Positions 1 to 14,065 are shown, counted from the stretch's first letter. The stretch: DNA of 64,000 nt from an uncultured Trueperaceae bacterium (GCA_963727505.1 CAVSGP010000006.1:128001-192000); one strand, 5' to 3'. A program made the numbers and translations. The notes: a model not told the origin generated them from the letters alone.

Positions 1-1
1 A

Positions 2-2167
<2,166 letters not shown>

Positions 2168-2192
2168 GGGCGGCACACGGCAGCGCTCGCGC

Positions 2193-2924
2193 TCAACGGT
2201 CCTTGTGCACTCCCAGGTAGAGCGCTCCGATGTCTTCGCGCCTCAGGAGCTCCCGGGCGGGTCCCTCGAAGCGCACGCTGCCGTTCTCCAGCACCACGCC
2301 CCGGTCGACGTGCTCCAGGGCCTGCCGGGCGTTCTGCTCGACCATCAGTACCGAAGTCCCGGTCCGGCAGATGTCCGTGACGGTCTCGAAGATGAAGCGC
2401 ACCATGCCGGGCGAGAGCCCGGCCGACGGCTCGTCGAGCAGCAGCAGATCGGGCTCGGGCATGAGCGCGCGTGCCATGGCCAGCACCTGGCGCTGCCCGC
2501 CCGAGAGCGTCCGCGCCTGCTGTCGGCGCCGCTCGCTCAGTAGCGGGAACAGCTCGAAGAGCTCGCGGATGCGCTTCGCGGCGCCGCGGCCGAGCTGCGC
2601 CCCACCCATCTCCAGGTTCTCCTCGACAGACATCGACCCGAAGACGTTGCTGATCTGCGGGACGTAGCCGATGCCACGTCGAACGACCGCCTCGGTGGGG
2701 AGCCCGGTGACGCGGTGCCCTGCCAGCCGCGCTTCGCCTCCGGTCACGCTGGCCAGCCCCACCAGCGCCTTCATCAACGTGCTCTTGCCGGCACCGTTGG
2801 GGCCGAACACCAGCAGCTGCTCGCCCTCCAGAACGCTCAGCGACACCCCGAAGAGGATCTGCAGCGCGTCGTAGCCCGCATCCAGGGCATCCACCTCGAG
2901 TAGCGGCCGGCCGCTGGCGCTCAC
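2193..2924 (-). CDS. Branched-chain amino acid-type ABC transporter ATP-binding protein (LivF-like)
   Basis: [24 protein letters not shown]. The GTG start at 2924 overlaps the upstream TGA (GTGA). Confidence 0.93.
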   Translation of the reverse strand: MSASGRPLLEVDALDAGYDALQILFGVSLSVLEGEQLLVFGPNGAGKSTLMKALVGLASVTGGEARLAGHRVTGLPTEAVVRRGIGYVPQISNVFGSMSVEENLEMGGAQLGRGAAKRIRELFELFPLLSERRRQQARTLSGGQRQVLAMARALMPEPDLLLLDEPSAGLSPGMVRFIFETVTDICRTGTSVLMVEQNARQALEHVDRGVVLENGSVRFEGPARELLRREDIGALYLGVHKDR

Positions 2925-3760
2925 GCCGCGCCCCCCAGGTAGGCTTCGAGCACGCGCTCGTCGCGCTGCACCTCCTCGGGCGTGCCCTCGGCGAGGACGC
3001 TTCCCTGGTGCATCACGACCACGCGGTCGCACAACTGCATGATGAGGTCCATGTCGTGCTCCACCACCAGCACCGTCACGCCCCCGGCATGGACGTCGCG
3101 GATGCGCGCCATCAGGGTGCGCGTGAGCGTCTGGTTCACGCCCGCGGCGGGCTCGTCGAGCATCAGCAGGCGTGGCTCCGTCATCAACGCGCGTCCCAGG
3201 GAGAGCAGCTTGCGTTGCCCGCCGGAGAGCTCGCGTGCCGCCCGTCCGGCCACGCGCTCGAGGCCGAGGAAGGCGAGCAACTCCGAGGCGCGCGCCTGCA
3301 GCACCCGCTCACGCGTCCGGGCCGCACGCCCGAGCACCAGCCCGCCCAGCAGGGTCTCGCCGGGATGGCGCGTGCCGCCGGCCAGCAGGTTCTCCCAGGT
3401 CGACATGTCGGGGAAGATGCGCGGCGTCTGGAAGGTGCGCGCCACGCCGGCGCGGGCGATGAAGTCGGGAGCGCGCCCGGTGAGCGGCCGGCCGGCCATG
3501 CGCACCGTGCCCCGATCGGGCCGCGTCACGCCGGTCACGAGGTCGAACAGCGTCGACTTGCCCGCGCCGTTGGGACCGATCAGGCCGGTGATGGAGCCCT
3601 GCCGGACCGCGAAGCTGGCGCCGGCGACCGCCATCAGGCCGCCGAAGTGCTTCTGCAGGCCCTCGACCGACAGCAGCGCATCGGCGCCCGCGGACCCGGC
3701 GCCCGCGGGCCCGACACCCGCTTGGCGCGTGCGCGTCGGCGTCCCTGCGCCCGCACTCAC
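2921..3760 (-). CDS. ABC transporter ATP-binding protein (LivG-like)
   Basis: [30 protein letters not shown]-terminal VLEAYLG. GTGA overlap with the upstream gene. Confidence 0.93.
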   Translation of the reverse strand: MSAGAGTPTRTRQAGVGPAGAGSAGADALLSVEGLQKHFGGLMAVAGASFAVRQGSITGLIGPNGAGKSTLFDLVTGVTRPDRGTVRMAGRPLTGRAPDFIARAGVARTFQTPRIFPDMSTWENLLAGGTRHPGETLLGGLVLGRAARTRERVLQARASELLAFLGLERVAGRAARELSGGQRKLLSLGRALMTEPRLLMLDEPAAGVNQTLTRTLMARIRDVHAGGVTVLVVEHDMDLIMQLCDRVVVMHQGSVLAEGTPEEVQRDERVLEAYLGGAA

Positions 3761-4839
3761 AGGGTACCCTTCCCGGGCGGTGCGTCGCCCGTCTCTTCGC
3801 CGCCTGTGGCGTTGGCTCCGTCGGAGTCGGCGCTGGTCGGGGCGTGGCGCCCGCGCAGCCCCGCCCGCCGCCGCGGGCGCCGTGGCCGTTCGGGCAGCAT
3901 CCCGCGCGGGAAGAAGCGCACCACGCCGATGAGTAGCAGCCCGATGAGCACGAAGCGCAGCGACGGCACGAAGCTGGGGTTGCGCCGCGTGAGCCCGGAC
4001 AGCAACGGGATGTCGCCCAGGAAGCGGGTGCCCTGGGTGATGGCCATCAGGGCGAGCGAGCCCAGCAGGGCGCCATAGGCATTGCCGGAGCCGCCCATCA
4101 GCACCGCCAGCCACACCTGGAAGGTCACGATCGGCACGAACTGGCCCACGTGCACCACACCCAGCGAGTGCGTCCACAGGCTTCCGGCGAAGCCCGCCAG
4201 GGCGCCGCCCACGGCGAACGCGCCCAGCTTCAGCGCCGGCGTGCGCTTGCCCAGTGAGCGCGCGGCGACCTCATCGTCGCGCACCGAGCGCAGCGCGCGC
4301 CCGTAGGGGGACTCGGTGAGGCGCACCGTCAGCGCCAGCAGCACCGCGACCACCACCGCCGTCGCGGCCAGGTAGGCGTACGGGTAGACCGACGCCGGGA
4401 TGACGGTGTCCTTTAGCGGTTGCGGCACGTTCGAGATGCCGAACTCGCCACGGGTCAGCCAGTCCTCGTTGGTGAGCACGCTGCGCACGATCTCGGCCAT
4501 GGCGAAGGTGGCGATCGCCAGGTAGTGCGACGACAGCCGCACGCTGGTGACGCCGATCAACAGCGCCAGCAGCCCCCCCGCCACGCCGGCGAGCAGGAAG
4601 CCCACCGGCACCGGCCAGCCCAGGCCGATCTGGTAGTGGGCGCCGGCCTGCAGGTAGGCGGCGCTGCCCTTGGGAGGCAGCGTCAGGAGCGCACTGGTGA
4701 AGGCGCCGATCGCGAAGAAGGCCACGTGCCCGAAGTTCAGCAGCCCGGTGACGCCGTACTGCAGATTGAGGCCGAGCGCCAGCAGACCGTAGATCAGCGC
4801 CAGTGTCAGCAGCCCCACCAGGAAGGGCAGCAGCGCCAT
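3757..4839 (-). CDS. ABC transporter permease (LivM-like)
   Basis: Hydrophobic; LNLQYGVTGLLNFGH, YLAIAT, SPYGRALRSVRDDE, MGGSGN motifs. Confidence 0.93.
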   Translation of the reverse strand: MALLPFLVGLLTLALIYGLLALGLNLQYGVTGLLNFGHVAFFAIGAFTSALLTLPPKGSAAYLQAGAHYQIGLGWPVPVGFLLAGVAGGLLALLIGVTSVRLSSHYLAIATFAMAEIVRSVLTNEDWLTRGEFGISNVPQPLKDTVIPASVYPYAYLAATAVVVAVLLALTVRLTESPYGRALRSVRDDEVAARSLGKRTPALKLGAFAVGGALAGFAGSLWTHSLGVVHVGQFVPIVTFQVWLAVLMGGSGNAYGALLGSLALMAITQGTRFLGDIPLLSGLTRRNPSFVPSLRFVLIGLLLIGVVRFFPRGMLPERPRRPRRRAGLRGRHAPTSADSDGANATGGEETGDAPPGKGTL

Positions 4840-5699
4840 CAGAAGGCCCCCCGCAGGATGCCGCGCGGCCTCAGCAGCAGCACCAGCACCAGGATCAGGA
4901 AGGCGAAGGCGTGGCCGTAGTCGGGCGAGAGGTAGGTGGTGCCGAGCTCGATCCCCAGCCCCACCACCAGCGATCCCAGCATGGCGCCGTAGGGGTTGCC
5001 GATGCCGCCCAGCAGCACCGCCGAGAACACGACCAGCAGGAAGCTCCAACCCATGACCGGCTGAACGGCGATCTGCGTCATGGCCAGCAGCACGCCGCCG
5101 AGGCCGCCGATGGCGGAGCTCAGGAACCAGGTCGCGGCCAGCACGCGCGCCGTGGAGATGCCCGAGGCCCGGGCCAGGGCGGGGTTGTCGCTGGTAGCGC
5201 GCATCATCTTGCCGATGCGGGTGAGCGTGAGCAGCAGGTGCACGCCGATCATCGCCAGCAGCGCCACGACCACCACCAGAACAGGCACCTTCGGCACGAA
5301 CAGGGCGCCGACGTGCCACGGGCGCATCAGCGGCAACGGGAAGCGGATGGGATTGGAGCCGGCGAACATCCTGACCACGTTCTGCAGCACGAATGCCAGG
5401 CCCACGCTGGTGACGAGCAGCGGCAGGAAGCCGCGGCTCATGAGCGGGTCGAAGAAGACCCGAGCGAGCGCGACGCCGGCGACGCCGACCGCCACCATGG
5501 CGACAACGATCGCCAGCGGCAGCGAGAGCCCCAACGCCACGCCCAGGACCGCGAAGTAGGCGCCGAGCGTGAGGAACTCGCCGTAGGAGAAGTTGATGAA
5601 GCGGGTCACGCCGTAGGACAGCGACAGGCCCACGGCACTGAGGCTGATCACGGCTCCGGTGGCGACCCCGAAGATGAGGGTCTGGAGGAAGGCGGTCAT
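4839..5699 (-). CDS. ABC transporter permease (LivH-like)
   Basis: GLSLSYGVTRFINFSYG, GKMMRATSDN, LLGGIGNPYGA, RPRGI motifs. Confidence 0.93.
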   Translation of the reverse strand: MTAFLQTLIFGVATGAVISLSAVGLSLSYGVTRFINFSYGEFLTLGAYFAVLGVALGLSLPLAIVVAMVAVGVAGVALARVFFDPLMSRGFLPLLVTSVGLAFVLQNVVRMFAGSNPIRFPLPLMRPWHVGALFVPKVPVLVVVVALLAMIGVHLLLTLTRIGKMMRATSDNPALARASGISTARVLAATWFLSSAIGGLGGVLLAMTQIAVQPVMGWSFLLVVFSAVLLGGIGNPYGAMLGSLVVGLGIELGTTYLSPDYGHAFAFLILVLVLLLRPRGILRGAF

Positions 5700-5726
5700 G
5701 CGGGCGCGATCAGGCGCCAGGCAAGA

Positions 5727-5746
5727 GCCCCGGCCATCGCCGGGGC
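5727..5746. other. GC-rich hairpin after the substrate-binding protein gene (probable mRNA stabiliser)
   Basis: GCCCCGGC-CATC-GCCGGGGC between the SBP and permease genes, with no U-tract. Confidence 0.45.
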
Positions 5747-5768
5747 CCCCGCCTGGGTGTGGGACGCG

Positions 5769-7001
5769 TTACTGGAGCGCGCTGGCCGGGAGGATGGTGA
5801 CATCCGTCCAGGCGCCGTCCTTGACCTGTCGGATGGCGAAGGGCGCGGTGATGTTGCCGTAGGCATCGAAGTCGATCGGCCCCACCAGACCCTGGTAGTT
5901 GATCTCCTTGCCGGCCTCCAACGCCTTCTTGCCGGACGTGTAGTCGGTGACCTGGACCTTGCCGTCGCCGGGGTCGGCGACCGCGCGGATGTTCTGCGTC
6001 ACCGTGGTGCGGTTGACGGCGCCGTCCTTGATCTGGGCGCGCAGCATGGCCAGCGCCAGCACGTTCATCGCGTCGTAGGTGTTGGTGCCGAAGATCTGCA
6101 CGTCCTTGCCGCTGTAAGCCTTGAAGCGCTGCTTGAAGGCGTCGTTACGGGCGGCCGATTCCGGGGAGGCGACCTCCTCCAGGCCGTAGATGCCGTTGGC
6201 GAGCTGCGGCGTCGCGAGCTTGATGAAGTCGGCGTTGGTCTGGTCCTGGGTCACGAACCAGGTGCCCTGGTAGCCGGCCTGGAAGGCCGCCTGCATGATG
6301 CGCACCGAGTCCTCGGGGGTGCCCACCAGCACGATCACGTCGGGATTGTGCGAGAGGGCGTCCTGCACCTCGGAGCGGTAGCTCGGCTTGCCCGGCGCGT
6401 ACTCGAGCGTCGCCTTCGCGGGCATGCCGTACTTCTCGAACGAAGTCTGCAGCGGGCTCTCGAACGACACCATGGCCGGCGACTTGGCGACCATCAGCAC
6501 CGGCGACGTGAAGGCCTGCGCACGCGCCAGGTACTTTGCGTCGGTGGCCGCGCGAGCGATGGCCCGCCCGCCCAGCGAGTCCGACGGAACGGTTCGGAAG
6601 AAGACCTTCGTGCCCGCCCTGTCGAGCTCGGTCGTGCCGGCCGTGGGGGAGACCATCGGCACGCCGGTGTCCTGGATGAGCTGCTTGGAGCCCGAGAACG
6701 ACAGCGAGGTCGGACCCAGCAAGGCGACGGCGTTGTCGACGTTGATGAGCTTCTGTGCGGCGGTGAAGCCGGCGTCCACGGTGCCCTCGGTGTCGCCCTG
6801 ACTGAAGACGATGTCACGCCCGCCGATGCCGCCGGACTGGTTCACCTCGTCGGCGATCATCTGGGCCACGGGCTGGACGTTCGCTCCCACCCAGTCGTAC
6901 TGACCGGTGAACGGGAGCAGGATGCCGACCTTGATCGAACCCCCCTGTGCGAGGGCGACGGTGGTCAGAACCGCAGCGAGCAACGTGATGGCGCGTCTCA
7001 T
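5769..7001 (-). CDS. ABC transporter substrate-binding protein (LivK/Peripla_BP_6-like)
   Basis: Signal peptide MRRAITLLAAVLTTVALA, IKVGILLPFTG, FFRTVPSD, YDAMNVLALA, GPIDFD. GGAGG RBS upstream. Confidence 0.92.
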   Translation of the reverse strand: MRRAITLLAAVLTTVALAQGGSIKVGILLPFTGQYDWVGANVQPVAQMIADEVNQSGGIGGRDIVFSQGDTEGTVDAGFTAAQKLINVDNAVALLGPTSLSFSGSKQLIQDTGVPMVSPTAGTTELDRAGTKVFFRTVPSDSLGGRAIARAATDAKYLARAQAFTSPVLMVAKSPAMVSFESPLQTSFEKYGMPAKATLEYAPGKPSYRSEVQDALSHNPDVIVLVGTPEDSVRIMQAAFQAGYQGTWFVTQDQTNADFIKLATPQLANGIYGLEEVASPESAARNDAFKQRFKAYSGKDVQIFGTNTYDAMNVLALAMLRAQIKDGAVNRTTVTQNIRAVADPGDGKVQVTDYTSGKKALEAGKEINYQGLVGPIDFDAYGNITAPFAIRQVKDGAWTDVTILPASALQ

Positions 7002-7150
7002 GGGACCTCCTGACATCGACGTGGATACCTGGGACCTGCTGCGTGCAGGGCGGAGGGAGTGGACCTTCGCGACGGAAGGGTTTGCGTGGGAGTCTAGCAC
7101 GGCGGCCGTCCGGCGCGACGGGCTCAGCGCCGGGGGCGGGCGCGACGCGC

Positions 7151-9118
7151 TCAGCGCACTTCGCTGCCGTCGGGAAGGTCGGCCTCCAGCGTGGCCACGC
7201 TGAGGTTCCCCGCCTCGTCCTCCGCGGCCAGGATCATCCCCTCGGAGCGCACGCCGCGTAGTGTCACCGGCTTGAGGTTGGCCACCAGGATGAGCTTCTT
7301 GCCGACGAGGTCGCCGGGCGCGTAGTGCTCCCGGATGCCCGAAACCACGGTGCGGGTCTCCGGGCCCATGCGGACGGTGAGCACCAGCAGCTTGTCGGCG
7401 TTGGGGTGGGGCTCGGCCTTCTCGACGGTGACGACCCGGAGCTCGACCTGCCCGAAGTCGTGGATGGAGATCTCCGCTTTGTGCTCCAGCGGCTCGGACT
7501 CGGGCTCGGCCATGGCCTTCTCGAGGGCCTCCAGATCGATGCGTGGGAACAGCGGTTCGCCGGGAGAGGACTGCGTGCCGGCGGGCACCAGCCCCCACTG
7601 CGCCGCGCTGTCGAGTTCGAAGGGGACGCGCTTGATGCCGAGCTGCTTGCGCAGCTCGCGTGCCTTGCCCGGGATCACCGGCTCGAGCAGGATGCTGGCG
7701 CAGCGCAGCGCCTCCACGCAGGTGTTGAGCACGGTGTCGAGGCGCCCCGCCTGAGCGGGGTCCTTGGCGAGTTCCCAGGGGGTGGTCTCGCTGATGTACT
7801 TGTTGGCCTTGCGCACCGCTTCCATCACGGCCTCCAGCGCGCGGTCGAACTGGAGGTCGTCGAAGCGCTGCCGCACCAGCGCCGGCAGGCCGGTGAAGCT
7901 GGCCTTGAGTTCCTCGTCCAAGGGCTCGAGGGCGCCCGCGGCAGGGACCACCCCGTCGCGGTAGCGTGCCAGCATGCCGAGGGTGCGGTTGAGCAGGTTG
8001 CCCAGGTCGTTGGCCAGGTCGGAGTTGATGCGCTCGGCGATGCCCGCTTCGCTGAAGCTGGCGTCGAGACCGAAGTTCATGTCGCGCAGCAGGTAGTAGC
8101 GGAAGGCGTCGTTGCCGTACTTCCGTTGCAGGTCGAGCGGCCGGATGACGTTGCCCAGCGACTTGCTCATCTTGCGTTCGTTGACGAGCCAGTAGCCGTG
8201 CACGTTGAGGTGGTGGTACAGCGGGATGCCCGCCGCCTTGAGCATGATCGGCCAGAACAGGCCGTGGGGCTTGACGATGTCCTTGGCGATGAAGTGCTCC
8301 ACGTGCGGCCAGTAGCGTTCCTCCAGACCCCTGGAGGCGAGCGCCGAGTAGTAGTTGATGAGGGCGTCGAACCACACGTAGGTGACGTGCTCGTCGTCCC
8401 ATGGCAGCGGGATGCCCCAGGGCACGCGCTTGCGCGGCCGGCTGATGGAGAGGTCGCCGATCGGCTCGCGCAGCATGGCGAGCACTTCGTTGCGGTAGCG
8501 CTCGGGGCGGATCAGCTCGGGGTTCTCCTCGAGCGTCTCGCGCAGCCACGGCCGGTACTTCTCCATGCGGAAGAAGTAGTTCGCCTCGGTCCGGTACTCG
8601 GGGGGCTCGTCGGACTCCGGGCACTTGCCGTCGACGATCTCCTTCTCGGTCACGAAGCGCTCGGCGCCGACGCAGTAGAGGCCGGAGTACTCGCCGTAGA
8701 AGATGTCGCCGTTGTCGTAGACGCGTTGCAGGACGTCGCGCACGACCTTCTGGTGGCGCTCCTCGGTGGTCCGGATGAACTCGTCGTACTGGATGCCGAG
8801 TCGATCCCAGGTCGCGCGGAACTGCGCCGCCACGTCGTCGACGTACTGCTGCGGGGTCTTGCCCGCCTTCTCCGCGGCCTTGGCCACCTTCTCGCCGTGC
8901 TCGTCGGTGCCGGTGAGGAAGAAGGTGTCGTCGCCCAGCAGCCGATGGAAGCGCGTGACGACGTCGACCAGCGTGGTGGTGTAGGCGTGGCCGATGTGCG
9001 GAGCGGCGTTGACGTAGAAGATCGGGGTGGTGGCGTAGAAGCTGCCGCCTCGACGTTTCTCCTCGGCCTCGCTCTGCCGTTCGGGGCGTGCGTCCGCAGG
9101 GGTCTCGACTGTCTCCAT
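7151..9118 (-). CDS. metG: Methionine--tRNA ligase with C-terminal tRNA-binding domain
   Basis: TTPIFYVNAAPHIGH, GTDEHG, YVWFDAL, KMSKS, NSDLANDLGNL and an OB-fold C-terminus (PHPNADKLL...SEGMIL). GGAGG RBS upstream. Confidence 0.97.
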   Translation of the reverse strand: METVETPADARPERQSEAEEKRRGGSFYATTPIFYVNAAPHIGHAYTTTLVDVVTRFHRLLGDDTFFLTGTDEHGEKVAKAAEKAGKTPQQYVDDVAAQFRATWDRLGIQYDEFIRTTEERHQKVVRDVLQRVYDNGDIFYGEYSGLYCVGAERFVTEKEIVDGKCPESDEPPEYRTEANYFFRMEKYRPWLRETLEENPELIRPERYRNEVLAMLREPIGDLSISRPRKRVPWGIPLPWDDEHVTYVWFDALINYYSALASRGLEERYWPHVEHFIAKDIVKPHGLFWPIMLKAAGIPLYHHLNVHGYWLVNERKMSKSLGNVIRPLDLQRKYGNDAFRYYLLRDMNFGLDASFSEAGIAERINSDLANDLGNLLNRTLGMLARYRDGVVPAAGALEPLDEELKASFTGLPALVRQRFDDLQFDRALEAVMEAVRKANKYISETTPWELAKDPAQAGRLDTVLNTCVEALRCASILLEPVIPGKARELRKQLGIKRVPFELDSAAQWGLVPAGTQSSPGEPLFPRIDLEALEKAMAEPESEPLEHKAEISIHDFGQVELRVVTVEKAEPHPNADKLLVLTVRMGPETRTVVSGIREHYAPGDLVGKKLILVANLKPVTLRGVRSEGMILAAEDEAGNLSVATLEADLPDGSEVR

Positions 9119-9157
9119 GTGGTCCTCCGAGGTTCGGCCGGGAAACGCCCGTGTGCC

Positions 9158-9188
9158 AAGAAAGAAGGGCGCCGTCCAGACGGCGCCC
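9158..9188 (-). terminator. Intrinsic terminator-like hairpin inside the metG 5' leader
   Basis: Minus strand GGGCGCCGTC-TG-GACGGCGCCC followed by TTCTTTCTT, about 40 nt upstream of the metG start. Confidence 0.75.
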
Positions 9189-9211
9189 ATGACCCTTCCG
9201 AGCGCACCCGC

Positions 9212-9253
9212 TCAGTCGGATCCAGGGCGGCATCCCGTCATTCGCCGGTTCAT
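9212..9253 (-). CDS. Putative metG leader peptide MNRRMTGCRPGSD
   Basis: The ATG lies 7 nt downstream of a TAGACT -10 box (9261-9266). Two Met codons; the ORF ends just before the terminator. Confidence 0.5.
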   Translation of the reverse strand: MNRRMTGCRPGSD

Positions 9254-9409
9254 GGCAACGAGTCTAGCAGACGGCGCGGGTGACCTTCGATCCACGGGCA
9301 GGTGGGCGGCGCGCGAGCCGATGCGCCCTGCCCGGCCGGTGGCGCGCAACCGGCCGGGGTCGTCGCCCGCAGTGAGGGCGTCCCGTGGTCGTGGTGGCAC
9401 AATGGGGGC

Positions 9410-12561
<3,152 letters not shown>

Positions 12562-12630
12562 GGGTGCCCTCGCCGGGCAGGTGCCGTGTGTGCACACGCG
12601 TTCGGACGACTCGCCCCGTACAATGACGGC

Positions 12631-13005
12631 ATGAGCATAGATCCCGACGACCGCGTTCTCGAGGCGCGCACCGCAGTCCTGCGGGCCGCCGTTCCGGCCG
12701 GCGTGCGGGTGAGTTTCGGTGATGGACGCCGTCGAAGCGACCTGACGCTGGCGCTGCTTCGGGGCGAGCGGCTGTCCGTCCTGATGCTGGCGCCGCGCCT
12801 GCTCGAACAGCTCCCAGCCGACATCGAGATCGTGCGTAGCGCCCACGTCGGCCAGAGCTACGAGCTGATGATGGCGCTCACCGAGAGGATCGACCAGCAG
12901 CCGCTACGTTCGCCCGAGCGGCGCGCCAAGCTGCGCCAGCTCGCCGAAGAGCCGATACCGGACGACGAGACCGCGACGCTCCTCGACGCCGGCGACCCTG
13001 CCTGA
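12631..13005 (+). CDS. Hypothetical protein
   Basis: TACAAT 6 nt before the ATG (leaderless pattern); globular-looking 124 aa. Confidence 0.7.
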   Translation: MSIDPDDRVLEARTAVLRAAVPAGVRVSFGDGRRRSDLTLALLRGERLSVLMLAPRLLEQLPADIEIVRSAHVGQSYELMMALTERIDQQPLRSPERRAKLRQLAEEPIPDDETATLLDAGDPA

Positions 13006-13083
13006 GGGTCGCGCGAACGGCCGATAGGCCTGTCCAGCACAAGGGTGCGTGCTTTCGGCGGCAGCCAGCGGAGAGCGCCGCAT

Positions 13084-13118
13084 AGCCTATTGCATAGGCT
13101 GCAACTCCGTGCTAGACT
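13084..13118 (+). promoter_or_regulatory. Sigma70-type promoter with palindromic operator over the -35
   Basis: TTGCAT (13090-95), 17 bp spacer, TAGACT (13113-18), preceded by TGc. Perfect inverted repeat AGCCTAT-TGC-ATAGGCT at 13084-13100. Confidence 0.75.
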
Positions 13119-13192
13119 CCCTGCCCGGGGATGAAGTTCCCCATGCGGCGGCCCCCAGGGCCCCAGCCCATGTCATCAGGGAGGTGAGGTCG

Positions 13193-13357
13193 ATGATCCA
13201 GAACACCTGCGTGCACGTTTCGGGGCTCGCTCGTTGCGCTGTCGACCTGCGTCCCCCCGCCGACGTCGCCCGTAAGGGCACCGAGGTGGCCGGCCGGGGC
13301 GCCGGTGTGCGCCGCTCGCTCGAGGAGGGTCCCCCGCGGGACCGAGGGTCTGCCTAG
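13193..13357 (+). CDS. Putative leader peptide (54 aa, ends GPPRDRGSA)
   Basis: Strong SD GGGAGGTGA before the ATG. The stop codon sits within alternative hairpins about 30 nt upstream of a terminator. Confidence 0.6.
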   Translation: MIQNTCVHVSGLARCAVDLRPPADVARKGTEVAGRGAGVRRSLEEGPPRDRGSA

Positions 13358-13386
13358 CAGACTCCCGTCCGACACCCGATGTCGGC

Positions 13387-13417
13387 CCTCGGCGAGCCCT
13401 TCGCCGAGGCTTTTTTT
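13387..13417 (+). terminator. Intrinsic terminator/attenuator
   Basis: CCTCGGCGA-GCCCT-TCGCCGAGG-C-TTTTTTT. Confidence 0.88.
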
Positions 13418-13462
13418 GGCCCCAGTCCGCCATCACCCCATGAAGGAAACGAGGAGGTTTCG

Positions 13463-13606
13463 ATGAACAGCTTCATGCTTCTGCAACGAATCCGCGCCCG
13501 CGCCGGCCAGCTCCGGCGCGAGCCCACGGCCGAGCGTCTGCGCCGTGCCGGATATGCCGACGGCGAACGCCGGCCCCGCATCACGCGACACTGGGCCAAC
13601 CGCTAG
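13463..13606 (+). CDS. Small Arg-rich hypothetical protein (47 aa)
   Basis: SD GAGGAGG; MNSFMLLQRIRARAGQLRREPTAERLRR... Confidence 0.6.
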   Translation: MNSFMLLQRIRARAGQLRREPTAERLRRAGYADGERRPRITRHWANR

Positions 13607-13673
13607 CCCGCCGCACGGCCAGCAACGCGTGCGGCACGGCTCCAGAAGGCAGCGACGCCCTGAGGAGGGCAGC

Positions 13674-13925
13674 ATGAACGGATGGTATTTCGGCGCAACC
13701 GTCGCCGCACGCGAACGCATGAAGGACTTCCGGCGCCAGGCCGACGATGCCCGGGCCGCACGCAACGCACGGCACCAGGCAGGTACCCTCGGCGGCCTGG
13801 TTCTGGCCCGCCGCAGGGCCGCGACGGCGCTGTACCGGCTCGCCGACGCGCTCGCGCCACGGTCGGTCTCCGGTCCCGAGCCGATGCGCGGGGCACGTGA
13901 CGTCGGAGGACGCCCGGTCGTCTGA
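13674..13925 (+). CDS. Small Arg/Ala-rich hypothetical protein (83 aa)
   Basis: [39 protein letters not shown]...RRRAATALYRLADALAP. Confidence 0.7.
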   Translation: MNGWYFGATVAARERMKDFRRQADDARAARNARHQAGTLGGLVLARRRAATALYRLADALAPRSVSGPEPMRGARDVGGRPVV

Positions 13926-13991
13926 TCCTTGACCGTTCGGCAACGCCTCGGCTCCCGTCCGACCGGGAGAGGGGCACCGCCGGGACGGAAC

Positions 13992-14028
13992 GGAAGGGCC
14001 CGCAGCCTCGAAGGCTGCGGGCCCTTCC
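13992..14028. terminator. Perfect 17-bp hairpin between convergent genes
   Basis: GGAAGGGCCCGCAGCCT-CGA-AGGCTGCGGGCCCTTCC. Confidence 0.75.
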
Positions 14029-14065
14029 ACGAGGGGTACGGCCGCAGGGAGTGCTCAGGGAGCGC

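Noticed and set aside
5769..9233. 1154-aa ORF apparently fusing the metG region to the SBP
   Set aside because: The upstream part is an out-of-frame read of metG. The SBP has its own SD and signal peptide starting at 7001.
9119..9266. T-box or SAM riboswitch in the metG leader
   Set aside because: No UGGNACC antiterminator bulge, no recognisable stem I or SAM-I core, and the leader is short (~140 nt). An Rfam scan is needed to exclude this fully.
7325..9283. Long antisense or alternative-frame ORFs (e.g. 652 aa opposite metG; also 4803-7013, 41837-44713, 54681-57353)
   Set aside because: Shadow ORFs expected at high GC. They overlap well-supported genes and lack motifs, apart from segments explained by real genes or frameshifts.
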